Assembly (NCBI GenBank): GCA_963768855.1
Contig: CAVYJM010000006.1
Location: forward strand, 448,001-512,000
Direction of reading: 5' to 3'
Source: an uncultured Thermoplasmata archaeon
Lineage (GTDB): Archaea; Thermoplasmatota; Thermoplasmata; RBG-16-68-12
DNA: 64,000 nucleotides
This document shows, in pieces, positions 52,559-63,462 of the stretch. How positions within the stretch are numbered: the stretch's first letter is position 1; every line of letters begins with the position of its first letter. The translations under genes were made by a program, and so were the position numbers. The notes beneath the pieces were generated by a model. It did not search any database. It was not told the DNA's origin and worked only from the letters and a program-made list of their open reading frames with translations.

Positions 52559-55500
52559 ATGGTGCGGCTGGCCAGCGGGATTGAGGGATTCGACGACCTC
52601 GTGTCCGGGGGTCTCCCGGCCGACGCGAGCGTCATCTTGCAGGGCCCCCCCGGTCAGGAGAAGCTCGCATTCGCGCTCGCCTTCCTGGCGGAGGGGCTCC
52701 GCACGGGCGGGTCGGGCTTGGCGGTCGTTGCCTCCCAGTCCCCTGAATCATTCCTCCGGACGCTCCGCGGCCTCGGGGTCGACGTGGACCTCGTGCTCCG
52801 GGAGAACCGGCTCCGAGTCGTGGATTGGTATTCGTGGGGTGAGGAGACCGTCACGGAGGTCGAGGAACGCGGGGTCATCCTTCGGTCCTCGGTGGACCTG
52901 GCAAACGCCGGCGCTGCGGTGAGCCGGGCGATTGCGGGTCTTCCCGGAGAAGGCCCGAAGCGCGCGATCGTCGAAATGCTCTCTCCCGCATTGAACATCT
53001 ACGAGCTGAGTCAGGTCTTCGCGTTTGCTCAATCTACGAAGCGCAAGTTCGACCGCTTCCACCTCACCGCTCTGTTCCTCGTAGAGAAGGAGATGCACAC
53101 CGCGTCCGTCCTGTCGACACTCCACCAGCCGTTCGACGGGGTTGTCGAGATGGAGCGGACCCGGAGCGGGGACCGCATCCTGCGGAAGATCGGCGTGCTC
53201 CATTTGAGGGACACTCGCCCCCCATCCGACTTCGTCCCGTTCGAGTTCACGGAGCAAGGCATCCGCGTGGGCCTCCGGCCGCCTGCCCCCGTCTCAACTC
53301 CCCCCGTCGGTCCCTCGCCCGTGCCTCGTCCCACCCCCCCGCGGCCCCGTCCCCTGGAGGGAACCTCGAACCGCGTGCGCTTGATCATGGAGATCGCGCG
53401 GGAGCGGCTTCGCCAAGACCCCGAAGACTGCGACGCGCTGTTCTCCCTCGCCGCCGCCCTCGCGACCGTGGACGATCCGCGGGATGCGGTCCGGACTCTC
53501 GAGCGCCTAGAGACGATCAACCCGAACTACCCGGGACTCTGGGCGTTCGAGATGAAGCTCTTCGCCCGCCTGGGCGACGCGGAACGGTGGCAGCGGAGCC
53601 GGAAGAAGGCGCTCGCCGAGTCGCCCATTTCGGACAGCGTCGGGTCGCCCCCGTGTCCCTTCTGTCACGAACCTGTCTCCGCCGGGAGCGCGCAGTGCCC
53701 GCACTGCATGGCGGACCTCCGAGAGGAAACGGACATGCTCCACGGGCTCGAGAAGCTCGTCCGGGATACGGTTCAGGAAACGGTGCCGGAAGCGGGAGAG
53801 GCGAAACCGCCCGCCCCCCAAGCGCCGCCGGTCCCCTTGCGCCCGGTGCCACAGTCGCCGGCGCTGAGACCCGTCCCTCGAGCGAAGGGAATGACGAACG
53901 GCCTCGTCTTGGAGCGGCGGCCGGTGCGACCCGTCCCCGTCACCAAGCGCGGCCGGACGAATGGACTGACGAACGGTCTCGGCGGTCGTACGAACGGGTT
54001 GACGAACGGACTCCGCGATCGAACGAACGGACTAACGAACGGCCTGGGACGCACGAACGGCTTGACGAATGGGGTGGGCCGGACCAATGGTCTCACGAAC
54101 GGCGTGGGCCGGACGAACGGGCTCTCGAAGGGACTCGAGAAGGCGGCGCGCTCCCGTGGATTCCTCGGGAACACCGGCATGCCGAAATGGCAGCGGGTCG
54201 CCCTGCCCGCCGCGCTCGTCGCCCTCTTGGTGCTCCTCCCGCTGGTCTTCCTGTGGAGCTCCCCGGTCACGCCGCGCCCCATCCAGATTGACGGCAACTT
54301 CGCCGACTGGACGGCCCAGTCCCTCGTCAGCGTCCCGTCGTCGGTATCGCCGAACCCGAACATCCAGATCGCCCGGATCGGGGTCGCCGACAACCTGGGC
54401 GACCTTGCCTCTACGTGGAGGTCACGGGCACGATCCTCGAGGGCGGCGGCCCCTCCCCCGGGCTCATGGACGCGGCCCGTATCTTCCTGGACACGGACAA
54501 TTCGAGTTCGACCGGATATCGGATCGGAGGCATCGGAGCAGATCGGCTCCTCGAGGCGTCGGGATACGGGGGTCATGTGCTGTCGAGCATCCTCTACGAG
54601 TTCGACGCGAATCGGGATGCCCGCGACTGGAGCGGCTGGATCAAGGGAACGCCGGTCCCAGCGGCCGCCTCCGGCTCCCGACTCGAGGCCCAGGCTTCGT
54701 GGATCGAGCTTGGAGGCGGGTCGGTCCCCGTCCGCGCGACGGTCGACACGCAGGCATGGGACGGCCAGACGGACACCTCCTCCCTGATCGTCTCACCCTC
54801 TGAGGGCACACTCGCGATCGACCAGGCGTCCGTCGCCCCGGCGGTCCTCTCCGGTGCGGACGTGCCTCTCCTGACCCTCAACGCCACGGCCCTCGGAAAG
54901 GGGGCGGCGTTCAACTCCCTCACCGTCGAGCTCCAGGGCACGGCCCCGTTCAGCGCCGTCTCCTCGCTCCGGCTCGTTGCCGCGGGCGGCATCGACTTGG
55001 TCCAGGCCAACCCCGCGGGCCGCGATGTGACCTTCCGGTTCGCGACGCAGACGATCGACCCCGCGACCCCGCGATCCTACACGATTCTCGGGGACGTCGC
55101 GGGTTCGAGCGGAGACACCTTCGGCGTGCGGGTCGCCTCGCCGGATGCGATCGGAATGTTGGATGGCGTCGCCTGCGTGCGCAGCCTGCCCTCGACCGCC
55201 TCGTTGAGCTACCTGGGTGCGATCCCGGGGGTGCCCCGAATCGACGGGGGGTTCGCCGAGTGGTCGTCCACGATTCCCGACGCGGTCGGCGAGGCGTCAA
55301 CCCGCGGGAACGCGAACATCGACGTGGCCCACCTCGGCGCCATCCCGAACGCCCCTTCGCTCTACCTCTATATGGATGTCTCGGGGCGAATGTTCGCAGG
55401 GACGAGCCAGCCGGATGCTCCCCAGCCCGCCCCCCTGACGAACGCGACGCCTGTGGCCGACACGGATCGCGACACGGTCCCGGATACCCTCGATCCAATG

Positions 55501-58500
55501 CCCTTCGACTTCAACAACGACGGCACCCCTGACGCGCGAACGAACGGGGACTACGACGGGGACGGCATCACCGACTACGGGTTCCCGGGCGGGACGGATG
55601 CCTGGCTGAACACCACGCTGCCCGCCAGCTTCCCCGCCCCGTACGCAGGGCTGAGCGTGAGCGTATACATCGGGCCGACGGTACGGCCGCCCGCGCTCGG
55701 CGAGGACGTCCTCCGGTTCTTCCTCGACATCGACAACCGCACGTCGACCGGCTTCTCGATTGGCGGAATCGGCGCGGACCGGCTCGTCGAGATCCACGGG
55801 AAGGACGCCCAGGTGTCCCAGTCCGCCCTGCTCGCGTTCACGGGCTCCTATCCGGGAGAATGGTCGTGGAGCGCGATCTCCCCCGTGACGGTCGCCACGG
55901 GCGCCCGCGCGGTCGAACTCGCGGTGAACCTTAGCGCATCCCGGGTCTACCTGGAGATGGGAGACTTCTGGGGCGGCGTGGACGCATCGAGCCCAGTTTC
56001 CCCCGCGACCCTGGCTGTCGCATCCCTCTCATCGATGACGTCGTCTTCGTTCCGCCAGGCCCCCGCCACATCGGCCTTGGCCGTTCCGTGGTACCAGGAT
56101 GGTCCCCAGGCGTCCGCGACCCTGATCGATCCTGGATCGAGCTCGTCGACCTCCCTCTACAACCAACAGCGGAAAGTGGTCCGCGCGCCCGACGTCGCCG
56201 GCCAGACCGGCCTGCGATGCGACGAACGCGGACGGATGCTGGTACGTCGTCCTGAACGATCAGCTGAGCGAGGACACGTTCACGTCCGCTCCATCCACGG
56301 AGACCGTCGCCACCGGCACGAAGGTGTCCGGGACGTTCTTCCTCCGGCGTCGATTCGAGCAACAACGCGTACATCCAGTACCGCGAGGCGAACACAGGCA
56401 CCACGACGGTCACGGCCAAGAACCCGACCGCAGCGGGGACGAACCCGGTATGCGACTGGGCGACCTGCGCGAGCGGCGAGACCTCGGACAACGCATACAC
56501 GACCTCGAGCCAGAACAACCAGATACTTTCGTTCAAGTCCTTCGGCTTCGCCGTCCCGAGCGGGGCCGCGATTACCCAGGTCCGAATCGGCATCGAGGCG
56601 TTCCAGGCGGCGGGCGGAGACGACCAGATCACCGGCATCAAGCTTTCGTGGAACGCCGGGACGCCGAGCTGCAGCAACACGCTCGCGGGCGACCCGTTCG
56701 TCCCGGTGACTCCGAACGATCCAAACACGTACTCGTACTTCGACTCGACCGCCTGTACGGGCCACACTTGGGCTCAAGCCGACTTCGCCACCGGAACCGA
56801 CAACATCGCCTTCCAGGCCACGTACAAGAGGTCCGGAGGCGTGGCAACCGTGATCTCGGTCGATGCAGTCGTCGTCGAGGTCTCCTACGTTCCCGGCTCG
56901 TACCAGATGTCCGTCCGGTACGACTGGACCTCCGTCCCCGCAGGCGATGCGGTCACCCTGAACGTCGAGGCCTATCACGGCTCGGACGAGAACGTCAACA
57001 TTCAGGTCCTCACGCCTCCGTCCACCTGGAACACCCGGATCACGGTCACGGCCACGACCGATTCGAACCTGGCGCAGACCTACGCCCTCACCACGATCGA
57101 GTTCAACGCAGGCTCGCCCTCCATCCGCTTCGTCGACAGCCTCGGTGCGGACACGACCCAGACGGACCTCTGGGTCGATACGGCCGTCCTTGTGACCACC
57201 ATGACGAGGTCGCCCGGCACGGAGACGCTCACGACAGGTTCGCGCGTGAGCGGAACGTTCCCCACAGGCATCGGTGCCGCGGATGGCACTTACATCCAGT
57301 ACCGCGAGGCGAACACCGGGACCACAACGGTCACGGCCAAGAACCCGACGGCGGTGGGCACGGCCCCCGCGTGTACGGCCGGGGCATGTGCCAGCGGCGG
57401 AGCCTCGGACAACGCGTACGCCACGGTGAACAACAATCAACTCCTCTCCCTGAAGACTTTCGGCTTCGCCGTCCCGAGCGGGGCCACGATCACCCTAGTC
57501 CGCATCGGGATGGAAGCGTTCCAGGTTGCGGGCGGAGACGACCAGATCGCCGGGATCAAGCTGTCGTGGAACGCCGGCGCTTCCCCTTGTGGCAACACGC
57601 TCTCGGGCGATCCTTACACGCCGGTGAACACAGGCGACCCCAACACGTACCACTATTTCGACACGACGACGTGCACAGGGCACACGTGGGCCGCGGCGGA
57701 CTTCGCGAGCGGCACGGACAACGTCGCGTTCCAGGCCTCGTATTCGAAGGTCGGGTCCCCGACTCAGATCTCGGTGGACGCCGTAGCCGTGGAGGTCACA
57801 TACCTTCCGGCCACCTACCAGGTCTCCGTCCGGTATGACTGGACGGGCGTGCCGGCCGGGGACGCGCATACGCTGACCGTCCAAGGCTACCGCCAGGACG
57901 AGGACATCAGTGTTCAGGTGCTCACCCCGCCCTCCACCTGGACCACTCGGCTCACGATCTCCTCGGCGTCCAACGCTCTCTACACTTACCCCCTCACCAC
58001 GACGGAGTACAACGCCGGTTCGCCAGCGGTTCGGTTCGTCGACGCGGCCGGCGCAGACACCACGCAGTCCGACTTCTGGCTCGACCAAGTCGTCGTCACG
58101 ACCCGGACCGTGTGGGACCGCGTGATCCTGATGCGCAGCGCGGACGTGGGAGGTACGATCTGGGGATCCCAGGTCATCCTGGCCTCCGGGCGGACCGGGG
58201 ACGATCCGCTCCTCCACGCGTACGATTCCTCGGTACCGGCCCTCGCAATGGACTCGGCTGGCTTCCTCCACATCGTCTGGGTCTCCTCCGCGAGCCCGGG
58301 CAACCAGGCCACGATGGACCGGGTCCGGTATGTGAAGAGCACGGTGGCCTACCCGAACCAGGGCCAGATCGCGCTCGCGTCCACCTGGCAGGCTGTGACC
58401 TCGGTGGACGCTGCGAACCCGGGCACCATGCCGACCGTCTCGACGGACAGCTCGAACTACCCGCACATCGCGTGGAGCGGCTCGAAGACGAGCGGATCCG

Positions 58501-59300
58501 TCTTCTACAAGAACCAGTACGGGGGCTCGTGGCGGCCGACGGTCACCTGGGGGACGACCTACACCGGGATCTCCGTGGACGTATCGCCGACGACCAACTA
58601 CGTGAGCCTTGGGCGCTACTACGAGGCGGCCCCGAACGAGATTCAGTATACGGCGTGCAAGAACGTGGCCGTGAGCAACTGCGACGCATCCGCGGAGTTC
58701 ACCAAGTGGGACGGGACCGCAGGATACGACACGGTGGCGACCGGGGTCGAGAGCCACGTCTATCCGAGCCTCGCGACCACGTACGATGCGAACGGGGATC
58801 TCTGGATCGCGTACGCCAAGGACGTGGACGGGAGCACCCGCGCGATCTACGCGCGCCTCCTCGACTACCCGAGCGCAGGGTTTGCGGCCCCGGAGACGGT
58901 GGACGCCCTGACGGGCACGATCTTCACGCGGCCCGTGATCGGCGTGGACAGCTCGAACCGCGTCCACGCGCTCTACGTGGCCACGGCGGGGCCCCAGCTG
59001 TACTACAAGATGCGGTCGGGCGGAGTATGGGGATCGCGCCAGCTGATGGACGCATCCTCCGACGATCCGTCGATCATGGTCCGCGCCCCCAACGACGCGA
59101 CGTACGGATCCACGCCCGGGGCGATCTACTGGAAGTCGACCACATCCGGGACGTACTTCGTGGCGATCCCCGAGTTCGAGTCGGTCGCCCTGCCGATCGT
59201 CGCCATCCTGGGTCTCGTCCTCGTGCTCCGCCGCAGGGCTTCGAGAAAGACCGGCTCCTGCGATGCGGGTGCGGAGACGTCCCGCAACCGACCGCGCTAG
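52559..59300 (+). CDS. Giant membrane-spanning protein 2: degenerate KaiC-like domain + TPR + Zn ribbon + TNG repeats + TM + DOMON/CBM9-like x2 + two 307-aa repeats + PEF-CTERM; three apparent frameshifts
   Basis: Joined from ORFs 52550..54787, 54415..56709 and 56706..59300 plus a short frame-2 segment 56213-56338. Needs +1 nt at 54410, -1 at 56209 and -1 at 56340, giving 2246 aa. Ends VAIPEFESVALPIVAILGLVLVLRRR. Confidence 0.8.
53888..54121 (+). repeat. TNG tetrapeptide repeat tract in giant protein 2
   Basis: GMTNG...GRTNGLTNGLGGRTNGLTNGLRDRTNGLTNGLGRTNGLTNGVGRTNGLTNGVGRTNG, 12 copies. Confidence 0.95.
56297..58110 (+). repeat. Two tandem about 307-aa extracellular repeats
   Basis: Units start at about 56297 and 57219; both contain YIQYREANTGTTTVTAKNPTA, FGFAVPSGA, GGDDQI.GIKLSWNAG, CTGHTWA, VLTPPSTW. 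Confidence 0.9.
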
Positions 59301-59612
59301 AGCCCGAGGACGGGATGTCCCTCGGCATTAACAGCGCGTTTCATGGCCAAGCTCTGCTCACTCGACGCCCTGACCCATGCCGAGGGATTGTTGGACGCCG
59401 CGTTGTCCCCCTGTCACGGTGCGCCCCGTCCCGGGGCTATCGAGGAGGGACCCATGCGGCGTTCTCTCCCGGCTTGCATCGCGCGTCACGGTTCGGCGCG
59501 ACCATACGCGGGAGCAAGCTATCCATGGACCGGCGAGGGGATAAACGTTCGCCCCGTCCGCACGTTTAATTAGGCCCCGCCCCTTCGCACGCCCTCAGCC
59601 TTCGGGAACCCC

Positions 59613-60083
59613 ATGGACGACCTGCGCTACGCGATCGCTCTCCTCTTCAAGAGGAAGGGCCGCGACGAGCTCACGGAGCGGGAGTTCGTCCTGTCGGCCT
59701 CGATGGACCTCCGCTGGTTCCCGCCCCGCGACGCCCAGCGCCTCCTGCAGCTCGGCCTCGCGACGAGCCTCCTCGAGTCCCACGGCGGAAACATCCGCCC
59801 GGCCTTCCCGATCGACTCGGTCGAAGTCCCGCGGGACTTCGTCCCGACCGCGAAGACCCTCGAGGTCGCCACACCCGCCTCGGAGGACACGTTCCTCCGC
59901 ATCGTGGACGCGATCGTGACGCACACGAAGTCGGATCGACGGGGCGTGATCGCCTCCGTGAACGCGGTCCAGGAGAAGATGGACGTCGACGTGGAAGTCG
60001 CGGCGCTCGTCGCGGCTCGCCAGGCCGGCCTCGATGTCACCCCGTTCCTCGCCCCGGTGAAGGCCCACCTCGGGCTTCCCTGA
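59613..60083 (+). CDS. DUF2240 family archaeal protein
   Basis: IALLFKRKG..ELTEREFVLSASMDLRWFPP. Confidence 0.85.
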   Translation: MDDLRYAIALLFKRKGRDELTEREFVLSASMDLRWFPPRDAQRLLQLGLATSLLESHGGNIRPAFPIDSVEVPRDFVPTAKTLEVATPASEDTFLRIVDAIVTHTKSDRRGVIASVNAVQEKMDVDVEVAALVAARQAGLDVTPFLAPVKAHLGLP

Positions 60084-60581
60084 TCACTCGTCCTTGTCCT
60101 GCATCTTGATCAGGTCGCCCAGGGTCAGGCTTCCCGAGGCGGCCTGCTTCTTCATCGCGACGGGCTCCACCTTCTCCTTGAGCTTGATGCCGAGCGTGTG
60201 CTCGAGCTTCCGCACGAGGCTGTCCCCCGGGGAGATCGCACCGGACTCGAGCTGGGAGATGACGCTGACCTTCTCGTTGATCTTCGCCCCGAGGTCCGCC
60301 TGCTTCCATCCCCTCTCCTCGCGCGCGCGACGTATGCGCTGCGGGAAGTCCTCCGCCAGTTCCATCTCCCCGGCCTCGGCGTACACGTCGCGGGGTGTCT
60401 GACGCCGTTTCCGGGCCTCGAGCCGCTGGGCGATGACCGGGGGCATGTTCCCGCGTCGGACAACGGGAGTGGAGACCTCGTCCCCGAACTTCGCGCAGTT
60501 GCTGCAGACGGCCAGGATCGTGCTCTCGATGGCCACGTTCTTCGTGTGGGGAACGTCCGCGCCGCACAATTCGCAGATCAC
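60084..60581 (-). CDS. mbf1: Archaeal multiprotein bridging factor aMBF1
   Basis: CELCG..VCSNCAKFG Zn ribbon, IRRAREERGWKQADLG HTH, SLTLGDLI tail; next to pan. Confidence 0.93.
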   Translation of the reverse strand: MICELCGADVPHTKNVAIESTILAVCSNCAKFGDEVSTPVVRRGNMPPVIAQRLEARKRRQTPRDVYAEAGEMELAEDFPQRIRRAREERGWKQADLGAKINEKVSVISQLESGAISPGDSLVRKLEHTLGIKLKEKVEPVAMKKQAASGSLTLGDLIKMQDKDE

Positions 60582-60661
60582 GATTTCAAGTCCGCAACCG
60601 CTAAATAAAAGGTGTTGGGTATATAGGCTTCGTCCTCCGCCGGCCCACCGGACGAGATTGC

Positions 60662-61873
60662 ATGGACGAAGAACAGATCCGAGAATTCTCGGAGAAACTC
60701 TCTGAGCGAATCGCCTCGCTCGAAGATCGGAACGACAAACTCCTGGAGACCGCGCGCCGCGTGGAGGGTGAGAAGCGGTACGTGGAGACGGAGCTGATCC
60801 GGCTCCAGAAGGAGATCAAGAGGCTCAAGCAGGAGCTCGACCGCCTGAAGAGCCCGCCCTTGATTATCGGGAACATCCGCGATGTCCTCGCGGACGGCCG
60901 GGTCGTGGTGAAGTCGTCGACCGGTCCGGACTTCATCGTGAACGCGGCGGACTACATCACGAAGGAGAACCTGCTCGTCGGCGCGCGGGTCGCGCTCAAC
61001 AAGCAGACGCTCGCCGTGATGGGCGTGCTGCCGCCGTCCTACGATCCGATCGTCACGGGCGCGGAGATCATCGACAAGCCCGACGTCACCTACACGGAGA
61101 TCGGCGGCCTCGACCAGCAGATCCTCGAGCTCAAGGAGGCGGTGGAGGACCCGCTCCTCAAGCCGGACCTCTATCGAAAGGTGGGCATCGAGCCGCCGAA
61201 GGGCGTTCTCCTCGTCGGTCCGCCGGGCACGGGCAAGACGCTCCTCGCCAAGGCGGTCGCGAACCGCACGAAGGCCACGTTCATCCGGTTCGTCGGTTCC
61301 GAGCTGGTCCAGAAATACATCGGCGAGGGCGCGCGTCTCGTGCGGGAGCTGTTCGAGCTGGCCCGGAAGAAGTCGCCCTCGATCGTGTTCATCGACGAAC
61401 TGGACAGCGTGGGCGCGAAGCGCCTCGAGGTCGCGACGTCCGGGGACCGGGAGGTCCAGCGGACCCTGATGCAGTTGCTCGCGGAGCTCGACGGGTTCAA
61501 CCCGCTCGGCGAGGTCAAGATCATCGGGGCCACGAACCGTCCGGACATCCTCGACGACGCGCTCCTCCGGCCGGGCCGCTTCGACCGCATCATCGAGATT
61601 CCGATCCCCAGCTACGAGGGCCGCCTGTCCATCTTCAAGATCCATACGCACAAGATGAGCATCGGGACCGAGGTCGACTTCGACACCCTCGCCCAGCGCA
61701 CGGACGGCGCGACGGGCGCGGACCTCAAGGCGATGTGCACGGAGGCGGGCATGTTCGCGATCCGGGAAGACCGGGACTCCGTGACCATGACCGACTTCGA
61801 GCTCGCGGTGGACAAGGTCCTCGGGGAGAGCCGCGTGCGGCACGAGACCGCGAGCGGCGCGATGTACGCGTGA
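60662..61873 (+). CDS. pan: Proteasome-activating nucleotidase
   Basis: N-terminal coiled coil, [37 protein letters not shown]-terminal HbYX (MYA). Confidence 0.98.
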   Translation: MDEEQIREFSEKLSERIASLEDRNDKLLETARRVEGEKRYVETELIRLQKEIKRLKQELDRLKSPPLIIGNIRDVLADGRVVVKSSTGPDFIVNAADYITKENLLVGARVALNKQTLAVMGVLPPSYDPIVTGAEIIDKPDVTYTEIGGLDQQILELKEAVEDPLLKPDLYRKVGIEPPKGVLLVGPPGTGKTLLAKAVANRTKATFIRFVGSELVQKYIGEGARLVRELFELARKKSPSIVFIDELDSVGAKRLEVATSGDREVQRTLMQLLAELDGFNPLGEVKIIGATNRPDILDDALLRPGRFDRIIEIPIPSYEGRLSIFKIHTHKMSIGTEVDFDTLAQRTDGATGADLKAMCTEAGMFAIREDRDSVTMTDFELAVDKVLGESRVRHETASGAMYA

Positions 61874-61954
61874 AACCCGCATCCGCAATGTGCGACGCCC
61901 TCCGAGCGTCGCACCATAACCTTTATTCGGACCTCTAGATTAGCCCGGCCGGTC

Positions 61955-62830
61955 ATGGTTCGTTCCCTAGCCAGGGACGACTCCGCCCTCAGCGACTGGA
62001 TCGTCCTGCTGGCCCTCGTCGTCGCTGCCGCTGTCGTCCTCGGCGCCTACTACGTCGTCTTCACGCCGACGAGACCCGGCTCGCCCCCGCTCGCCCAGCT
62101 CGGCGACACGGTCTACATCGACTACATCGGCACCTTCCAGAATGACAACCTCGTGTTCGACACGAGCATCCAGTCCGTCGCGGCGGACAACGCGACCTAT
62201 CCGAAGGCGTTCAGCTTCAGCTGGCGGGCCACGTACTCGAACCTGCAGTTCGTGATCGGCGACGGGTCCGTGGTCCAGGGCTTCGACCAGGGCGTCCGAG
62301 GCCTGGCCGCGGGACAGACCACGACGGTCGTCGTGCCCCAGGACATGGGGTACGGCCCCGCGGATGCGAGCAAGATCCACACCTACCCGCTCGTCCAGAC
62401 CTTCCCCATCCGGGTCACGATGAACGAGACCGCCTTCACGAGCTACTACGGCGAGACCGCGGTCTCCGCCACGAACGTCTCCGATCCCATCTACGGATGG
62501 AGTGTGACGGTCGCGATCCTGAATGGCCTCGTTGTCGTGACGAACAGCCCCTATCCCTCCCAGGTCATCCATCCGTACGGATTGTGGAAGGCGACGGTCC
62601 TCAGCGTCGATGATGCGGCGAACAACGGCACGGGCCTCATCACGATCCAGAACCGCATCGACCCGACCCTCGTGGACAAGATCGGCGGGACGCTTTCGAG
62701 CGGGGGCACGTTCTACCTGTCCGCCGTGGACCTCAACGCAGGGACGTATACGCTGAACTTCAACCGACAGGTCGTCGGCCGGACCTTGGTGTTCCAGGTG
62801 ACCCTCGTTCGACTCTCGAGCCTCGCCTGA
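61955..62830 (+). CDS. Membrane-anchored FKBP-type peptidyl-prolyl isomerase with long insert
   Basis: GDTVYIDYIG..VFDTSI, VVQGFDQGVRGL..GQT..VVVP..MGYG, C-terminal VGRTLVFQVTLV; N-terminal TM helix. Confidence 0.85.
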   Translation: MVRSLARDDSALSDWIVLLALVVAAAVVLGAYYVVFTPTRPGSPPLAQLGDTVYIDYIGTFQNDNLVFDTSIQSVAADNATYPKAFSFSWRATYSNLQFVIGDGSVVQGFDQGVRGLAAGQTTTVVVPQDMGYGPADASKIHTYPLVQTFPIRVTMNETAFTSYYGETAVSATNVSDPIYGWSVTVAILNGLVVVTNSPYPSQVIHPYGLWKATVLSVDDAANNGTGLITIQNRIDPTLVDKIGGTLSSGGTFYLSAVDLNAGTYTLNFNRQVVGRTLVFQVTLVRLSSLA

Positions 62831-62841
62831 GGGCCGCCGCC

Positions 62842-63462
62842 ATGGCCTCCGTGGCGGACTGGCTCTCCGGGCTGTTCGCATTCCTCGGTCCCGCGGGCAC
62901 CCTCCTCGCGCTCTTCTTCGTCTTCGTGATCGACGCGGCGGTCATCCCCGCCCTCCCCGAGCTTGCCGTCGTGCTGAGTTTCCTCTACCGCGCGCCCGGC
63001 GAGGACCCGTTCACCTGGGCCCTGCTCCTGCTCGGGATGGCGATCGGCGGGGAGGCCGTCGGCAACACGCTGATGTACCTCTGGGTCCGGAAGCTCGTGG
63101 TCGACCGGGGCCATCTTCCGAAGTTCGTGAACCGGTTGATGAAGGGCTGGACCCAGCTCCTCCTGGTCCGGGACGAGCGCATCATCCTGCTGAACCGGGT
63201 CGCCCCCGTCGTCCCGTTCGTCGGGGCGTTCATCGCGGTCGTCGGCTGGAACTACACGAAGTCCCTCGCGTACATCGTCCTCGGCGCGGCGGTGAAGTAC
63301 AGCCTGTTGATCGTCCTCGTCGGCTACCTCGGCGTGGCGTACGACCCGAACACGGCGACGCTGATCACGGTCGGAGCCATCGTGGTGCTCGTGGCCGCAT
63401 CCCTCGGCGCATCGATCCTCTTGCGACGTCGGATGGCCGCCCCGCCCTCCGGGTCGTCCTAG
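62842..63462 (+). CDS. DedA/VTT-like membrane protein
   Basis: FVIDAAVIPALPE, ILLNRVAPVVPF..FIAVVGW.Y.K. Confidence 0.7.
   Translation: MASVADWLSGLFAFLGPAGTLLALFFVFVIDAAVIPALPELAVVLSFLYRAPGEDPFTWALLLLGMAIGGEAVGNTLMYLWVRKLVVDRGHLPKFVNRLMKGWTQLLLVRDERIILLNRVAPVVPFVGAFIAVVGWNYTKSLAYIVLGAAVKYSLLIVLVGYLGVAYDPNTATLITVGAIVVLVAASLGASILLRRRMAAPPSGSS

Noticed and set aside
53888-54121. CRISPR array or DNA microsatellite in the ACGAACGG-rich tracts
   Set aside because: Repeats are in-frame peptide repeats with synonymous variation and no unique spacers; no cas genes in the window.
59340-59380. SRP helix 8 look-alike (TCAGG-N10-AGCAG on the minus strand)
   Set aside because: Spacing matches, but the inner 10 nt cannot form the 3-bp stem and GNRA loop, and no Alu domain or helix 6 is evident.
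59343-59573. 76-aa ORF between giant gene 2 and DUF2240
   Set aside because: No SD or promoter at the right distance, no motif, atypical codon usage.
60084-61873. mbf1-pan adjacency as a novel link
   Set aside because: Already known as a conserved archaeal gene neighbourhood.
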